The position numbers and the translations under genes were made by a program. 12,273 bases of DNA from a candidate division WOR-3 bacterium (GTDB lineage Bacteria; Hydrothermota; Tepidihabitantia; Tepidihabitantales; Tepidihabitantaceae), in the NCBI GenBank assembly GCA_965649205.1, contig CBFGJV010000037.1:1-12273 (forward strand), written 5' to 3'. Numbering within the stretch: the stretch's first letter is position 1; the number at the start of each line of letters is the position of its first letter. This document shows, piece by piece, positions 8,188-12,273 of the stretch. The notes under the pieces are model-generated. The model ran no database searches and had not been told where the DNA came from. It saw nothing but the letters and a program-made list of their open reading frames with translations.

Positions 8188-8925
8188 GTGTACATGACAG
8201 CTAAGCTGCGCTTGGGCCGTACGTTGTGGACACTGGCTGTGGCTTTTTATTTTCTTGTTTTCTTTCGCAATTTTTTCGCGGATGCGTTACCCGGGTCCAG
8301 TATTCTACCGACAATTTTTTTCTATCTTCTGGTGGCGTGGTTGGCTGTGGAGTATTGGTTTGGTTCGCCTTTTTTCCAGTCAGGCCTAGTTGAACCGTCT
8401 GCTCTGTGGCGAGGTCTTTTTGCATTCTTCGTCTACCCTTTTTTCGCATATTTGGTCGCTGATTTTGTGTGGTGGCGTTTGACGGTCATCCCGGTCCCAC
8501 AAATGCTACTCGCGCCCTTGGGGTTACTTCTGTTCGGGGGAGGCATCTACCTCCGCTTGCGTACGCTTCTGGACACAGTTAAAGGCGCCGCTGTGTTGAC
8601 GAAAACGCGTAGGGGAATGCCTTACATTTGGGAACTTTCGATGTACAAATTGTGTAGGCATCCGCGCTACCTGGCCACGCTGTTTCAGCTGGTTGGTGCC
8701 GCTATTTTTTTTAGTTCCTGGGGAGGTCTGGTGCTTGTGGGACTAATTGGGTTCCCACTTATACTTGCACAAGCTAAGTATGAAGACGGTCAATTGAGAC
8801 AGCTTCTCAGTGCAGCTTATACCACGAAGCCTATCTCAGGCCAGGAGCGGAGCAGTGTGGATCGCGAAATTGAACGTTTTTTTCAGGAGGTACCATTCTT
8901 CTGGCCGAGATTAAGGCATTCTTAA
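8188..8925 (+). CDS. Integral membrane methyltransferase, isoprenylcysteine carboxylmethyltransferase / PEMT-like family
   Basis: About 6 hydrophobic segments; YKLCRHPRYL matches the family RHPxY motif, AKYEDGQL the EE..L-like motif, and the C-terminus reads VPFFWP. Start is GTG 8188 or ATG 8194, 7 nt after the upstream stop. Confidence 0.75.
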   Translation: MYMTAKLRLGRTLWTLAVAFYFLVFFRNFFADALPGSSILPTIFFYLLVAWLAVEYWFGSPFFQSGLVEPSALWRGLFAFFVYPFFAYLVADFVWWRLTVIPVPQMLLAPLGLLLFGGGIYLRLRTLLDTVKGAAVLTKTRRGMPYIWELSMYKLCRHPRYLATLFQLVGAAIFFSSWGGLVLVGLIGFPLILAQAKYEDGQLRQLLSAAYTTKPISGQERSSVDREIERFFQEVPFFWPRLRHS

Positions 8926-8927
8926 TC
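8909..8927. terminator. AT-rich hairpin GATTAAG-GCATT-CTTAATC at the convergent gene junction (weak, no U-tract)
   Basis: 8909-8915 is the reverse complement of 8921-8927. It overlaps the TAA at 8923-8925; the convergent stop is at 8934-8936. Confidence 0.25.
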
Positions 8928-8933
8928 ATGATG

Positions 8934-11636
8934 CTACTCGGTGACGACTACCAACTGATTGGGCCGGACGTCTTTGATGCGTCTAGAGGAATTGGGCGAG
9001 AACCGAACTTCTACCGTAACTGGGCGATTATCTTTTCCTAAGCCAAAATGCTGGACCAGGGAGTTCTGGCTGGTGGTTCCGTGCCCGCCTTCTACTTCGC
9101 GTATTTGTCGCCTGCCATTGGCCTGTAGGACGATAACACGACATCCGATCCCAGTGCGATTTGCTTTGCTGCCCACGACCGTAACCTGGAGCCAGTAGTT
9201 ACCATTCCTGGTGTCGTTGCGAAAGAGTCGCAAGCCGCCGCTTGAACCCACGACCAAATCCATATCGCCATCTTTGTCAAAATCCGAGAACGCACAACCC
9301 CAGCCGTTGAATGCACGTGTACCGGAAAGCCATGTAATATCTAAAAATTTTGGAACATACCTTCGCCATTTGGCGAGGTTGGCGGCTTTTTTGCGTAGGC
9401 GAGACCAAAAGCCGCTTATCCCCTGGAGAACCGAGTTGTCAATATGCTTGTTTTCATATAAGAAGGACCGCCGGCTTTCGTAGATAGAAGTGATGTATAA
9501 GTCTAAGTCACCGTCATTGTCCACGTCTGCCCAAGCCGGATTGGAGTGAGTTTCCTCGTATGCTATGCCTGCTTTTGCGCGCACGTCCGCGAAGCGAGGA
9601 TACGCACGCGGACCGCGGTTCTCGTAGAGCTGAGAACGATTAGAAAATTCTATATAGCGGGGATGAGCGAGGTTAGCGGTGAACAGGTCTAAGTCGCCGT
9701 CGTTGTCGTAGTCACCCCAGGCAGAACCGATTGTGTGCCCGTAGAATCCCTTGACTTCCTCACCGGCAACACCTTCTCTGCCAGCAGAATTGATGAAAGT
9801 GCCGTCGCCGTTGTTGTGCCAGAGAAAGTTTTCACAAAGCCGGTAGTTGGACACATAACAGTCCTGCCAGCCGTCGTTGTCGTAGTCGCCCCAGTTTACA
9901 CCACGACCGGCAAGATTTTCCCCATAGGGCGGAACTACGCCGGCTGATTCAGTAACATTCCGAAACAAACCTGACTTGTTACACCAAAGGTAGTCTGGCG
10001 TGTATCTTCTTTGTTCCGCATGCCAGAATTCGTAGTTGGCGCTGTATATATCAACCCAACCGTCGTTGTTGTAGTCCGCGCAAGCGATTCCTTCTGTAGG
10101 ATAAGGATCGGATGGATACCCAACTTCAGCTGTAACGTCCCGAAACCGTCCGCCTTCGTTCTGCCAGAGTCGGTCGTTGGTATCTGAGCCCGTCATGTAG
10201 AAGTCTAGCCAGCCGTCATTATTATAGTCGGCCCAAATTCCGCCACGGCCTTTTGCTCCTGATAGGCCAGATGAATCAGTGACTTCTGTGAATCCGTTTC
10301 CAGAGTCATTGCGGAAGAGTCTACAGCCAGACAGGAGTAGATCGTCATATCCGTCTAGATTATAATCTCCCCATGCTACGCGAGTTTCTCTGCAGAGGTA
10401 AAGGCCGTAGGCCTCGGTGACGTCTGTGAAGGTTGCTCCTACGTGGCCGAGCAACTCACGTCCCAACTCTACCTGTTCATGCGGTTCTCGGACTCCTAGT
10501 CGTTTCAACCCACTGTCGGCACGGGCTGACCATTGATAGCGCGAATCACCGGCTTGTAGTGCGCAAGCGTAGGCGCGGAGCGCAGAGAGCGTCTCGTACT
10601 GTGCCTCGTATAGCTCGCCTAGGAGGCAGTAGAATGGTCCGGGCGTCGCTTCCAGATTCGGGTCCCATTGGAAGTTAGACAAAGCTTGTTTGACCCAACA
10701 TTCAGCCTCCTTCACTTTTCCTTGGGCTTTTAGGGCCTCAGCCAGAGCCAGTCGCGCGAGACCGTACAAGGGACGGTATTCCAGCTCCCACTCCGCAGCT
10801 GACTTGTGCAGTGGTTTCTTTGCTGTTGGTTCAAGCGCTATTGCTCTTCGAGCGTAGGCCTCCGCCAGCTCAGGAGATGTCTGTAGGCGATTGAGAATGG
10901 ACGCTGCATATCTCCAACTGAAAGGATCCAGAGGATTTTCGTTCGTCATCTCCCGAGTTACAGCCAATATTTGCGCCGTGTCCCTGAGACCATAAAGAGA
11001 ACTGATCAAAAAGGTGTAGAATGTGGCCCGCCATCTAGATTCGGGAAAGTAACTAAGAAAACGTCGAATGAGAGGAACCTTGAGGGTATCATTGTACCAG
11101 ACGCCTTGAAGATACAGGGAGTCATAGAAGGCTTCGCCTATTACTAGATCACCGGCAGGTGAGTCCGGAAATCTGTGAGCTAGGAGCCACGCTACTTGGG
11201 TTGCCGCATCTGTATCGCTAATACTGAGACCTTTCCATGCCATGGTAAGGTTAGCAGCAGTAGTTTCGGAGAGAAAGCGAAAGGCTTCTTGACGAATGAG
11301 TTCTTTAGTGGACCTCAGACGCATCGAATCTTTCTCGTGGCAACGAGCTAGCGTCTGCCATCTGCCGAGGATCGCGGAATCGTCCCTTGGTGTGACAGCT
11401 AATACTGCTTCCCACCAGTAAAGACTGGAATCAAATATGTGTGCGTGGTCGTATACACGAGCAAGGTTCTTCATTGCTGCTACGTCATTTGGTTTCTTCT
11501 TGAGGCGATGGCGGTAATAAATGATAGCAGCGTCGTAGTCTCGCCGGGCTAAGAAGTCAGAGAGAGAGCGTCCGACTGCCAGAGTCGGGGTTAGTAAGCT
11601 AAGCAGCGGAAGGCCGATTGTGCCAAAAAATCTCAT
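8934..11636 (-). CDS. Secreted TPR-like + FG-GAP-like beta-propeller + ASPIC/UnbV domain protein (CRTAC1-like)
   Basis: N-terminal signal peptide (MRFFGTIGLPLLSLLTPTLA) and a helical TPR-like N-half. Seven D-[YFV]-[ND]-x-D-G-x-x-D repeats (WGDYNLDGYDDL to FSDFDKDGDMDL). C-terminal NYWLQVTVVG..NRTGIGCRV..QIREVEGGHG..SQNSLVQHFGLG. ATG 11636 is preferred to TTG 11654, which falls inside the promoter spacer. Confidence 0.88.
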   Translation of the reverse strand: MRFFGTIGLPLLSLLTPTLAVGRSLSDFLARRDYDAAIIYYRHRLKKKPNDVAAMKNLARVYDHAHIFDSSLYWWEAVLAVTPRDDSAILGRWQTLARCHEKDSMRLRSTKELIRQEAFRFLSETTAANLTMAWKGLSISDTDAATQVAWLLAHRFPDSPAGDLVIGEAFYDSLYLQGVWYNDTLKVPLIRRFLSYFPESRWRATFYTFLISSLYGLRDTAQILAVTREMTNENPLDPFSWRYAASILNRLQTSPELAEAYARRAIALEPTAKKPLHKSAAEWELEYRPLYGLARLALAEALKAQGKVKEAECWVKQALSNFQWDPNLEATPGPFYCLLGELYEAQYETLSALRAYACALQAGDSRYQWSARADSGLKRLGVREPHEQVELGRELLGHVGATFTDVTEAYGLYLCRETRVAWGDYNLDGYDDLLLSGCRLFRNDSGNGFTEVTDSSGLSGAKGRGGIWADYNNDGWLDFYMTGSDTNDRLWQNEGGRFRDVTAEVGYPSDPYPTEGIACADYNNDGWVDIYSANYEFWHAEQRRYTPDYLWCNKSGLFRNVTESAGVVPPYGENLAGRGVNWGDYDNDGWQDCYVSNYRLCENFLWHNNGDGTFINSAGREGVAGEEVKGFYGHTIGSAWGDYDNDGDLDLFTANLAHPRYIEFSNRSQLYENRGPRAYPRFADVRAKAGIAYEETHSNPAWADVDNDGDLDLYITSIYESRRSFLYENKHIDNSVLQGISGFWSRLRKKAANLAKWRRYVPKFLDITWLSGTRAFNGWGCAFSDFDKDGDMDLVVGSSGGLRLFRNDTRNGNYWLQVTVVGSKANRTGIGCRVIVLQANGRRQIREVEGGHGTTSQNSLVQHFGLGKDNRPVTVEVRFSPNSSRRIKDVRPNQLVVVTE

Positions 11637-11642
11637 AATATC

Positions 11643-11670
11643 AAAGTACCGCAAGCAAGAAAGCTGTCAA
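11643..11670 (-). promoter_or_regulatory. Sigma70-type promoter, TTGACA-N16-TACTTT, for the CRTAC1-like gene
   Basis: The minus strand reads TTGACA(11670-11665) gctttcttgcttgcgg TACTTT(11648-11643) gatatt ATG(11636). Confidence 0.65.
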
Positions 11671-11699
11671 GGACTAGATAACTTCCGGTAGCGCTACTC

Positions 11700-11727
11700 T
11701 TGACAGTCGGCAACAGCGGGGTAGGAT
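11700..11727 (+). promoter_or_regulatory. Sigma70-type promoter, TTGACA-N16-TAGGAT, for the porin gene
   Basis: TTGACA at 11700-11705 and TAGGAT at 11722-11727, in the divergent intergenic region. Confidence 0.65.
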
Positions 11728-11790
11728 AGCCTCGTTGTATTGGTCCACAAGAAGGCGTTATTATCATTGCACCAAGAAAATGAAAATGAC

Positions 11791-12273
11791 ATGAAAAACA
11801 TCCCTATTGTATTGATTGTATGTGTAATTCTGGTTTCCTTATCGCCAGCACAAATAACGTTGGTCCCGGGACGATTAAGTATTGACGCCTTGGTGTGGAC
11901 TAATGCGGCCTGGAGGTGGTCAGAGGCTATGGGTTTTACTCGCAACGAATTCTCCTTCTACCGGTTTGGCGCCCCCATTGGCATTACGGGCTATATAACC
12001 GAAGAAATATCTTTTCGCACAAGTTTTGACGCCGGCTGGTTTCAAGGCGCTCTTGATCTGTATGCTGATTTTCGCTGGCCAAGTGGTATCGGTCTACGAA
12101 TGGGTCAATTCGTTGCTCCGGTGGGCGTTGAGGCACTCACTGAGCCGAGGAAATTGAAGTTTATCGAATATTCGTTGGTCAAGGGCTCGTGGAAGCCGTT
12201 GGATCCGCGTGATGCCGGAGTAATGGCGATATACGAGAATACACGCTTTGCATTGGCCGTAGCCATACTCAAC
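11791..12273 (+). CDS. Outer-membrane porin, OprO/OprP-like (3'-truncated; not in the ORF track)
   Basis: Manual translation gives MKNIPIVLIVCVILVSLSPA-Q (signal peptide)...ALDLYADFRWPSGIGLRMGQFVAPVGVEALT..LKFIEYS..PRDAGV, matching the family pattern LDAY.D....LR.GQFK.PFG.E....L.F.ERS....RD.G. The frame is open to the window end. Confidence 0.75.
   Translation, partial: MKNIPIVLIVCVILVSLSPAQITLVPGRLSIDALVWTNAAWRWSEAMGFTRNEFSFYRFGAPIGITGYITEEISFRTSFDAGWFQGALDLYADFRWPSGIGLRMGQFVAPVGVEALTEPRKLKFIEYSLVKGSWKPLDPRDAGVMAIYENTRFALAVAILN

Noticed and set aside
9260..10380. Recurring gtcgttgtcgtagtc-like DNA repeats
   Set aside because: They are explained by the coding of FG-GAP DxDxDG repeats; irregular and degenerate, not a CRISPR array.
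11694..11945. 83-aa minus-strand ORF
   Set aside because: It is antisense to the porin CDS and its promoter; the + frame has a signal peptide and family motifs.

Overview
Bacterial chromosomal window of about 50% GC, probably from a diderm since it encodes a porin-like protein. No mobile elements, CRISPR array, rRNA or tRNA were seen. Left part (+ strand, 1-6743): a glycine cleavage operon, gcvT(5'-truncated)-gcvH-gcvPA-[64-aa Cys-rich DUF6485-like gene]-gcvPB. It runs on into a 105-aa hypothetical gene overlapping a 599-aa GlmL/MutL-type ASKHA ATPase. No L protein (lpdA) and no B12 mutase subunits are in the window. Middle (+): a consensus sigma70-type promoter precedes a lipoprotein with a 5'-nucleotidase fold that appears to have lost its metal ligands, followed by an ICMT/PEMT-like membrane methyltransferase. 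Right: a convergent secreted TPR-like + FG-GAP propeller + ASPIC/UnbV (CRTAC1-like) protein on the - strand, divergent from a 3'-truncated OprO/OprP-like porin gene that is missing from the ORF track. All three visible intergenic promoters have a perfect TTGACA with a 16-bp spacer, and two appear to yield leaderless mRNAs. Family assignments come from motif recognition only; no searches were run.
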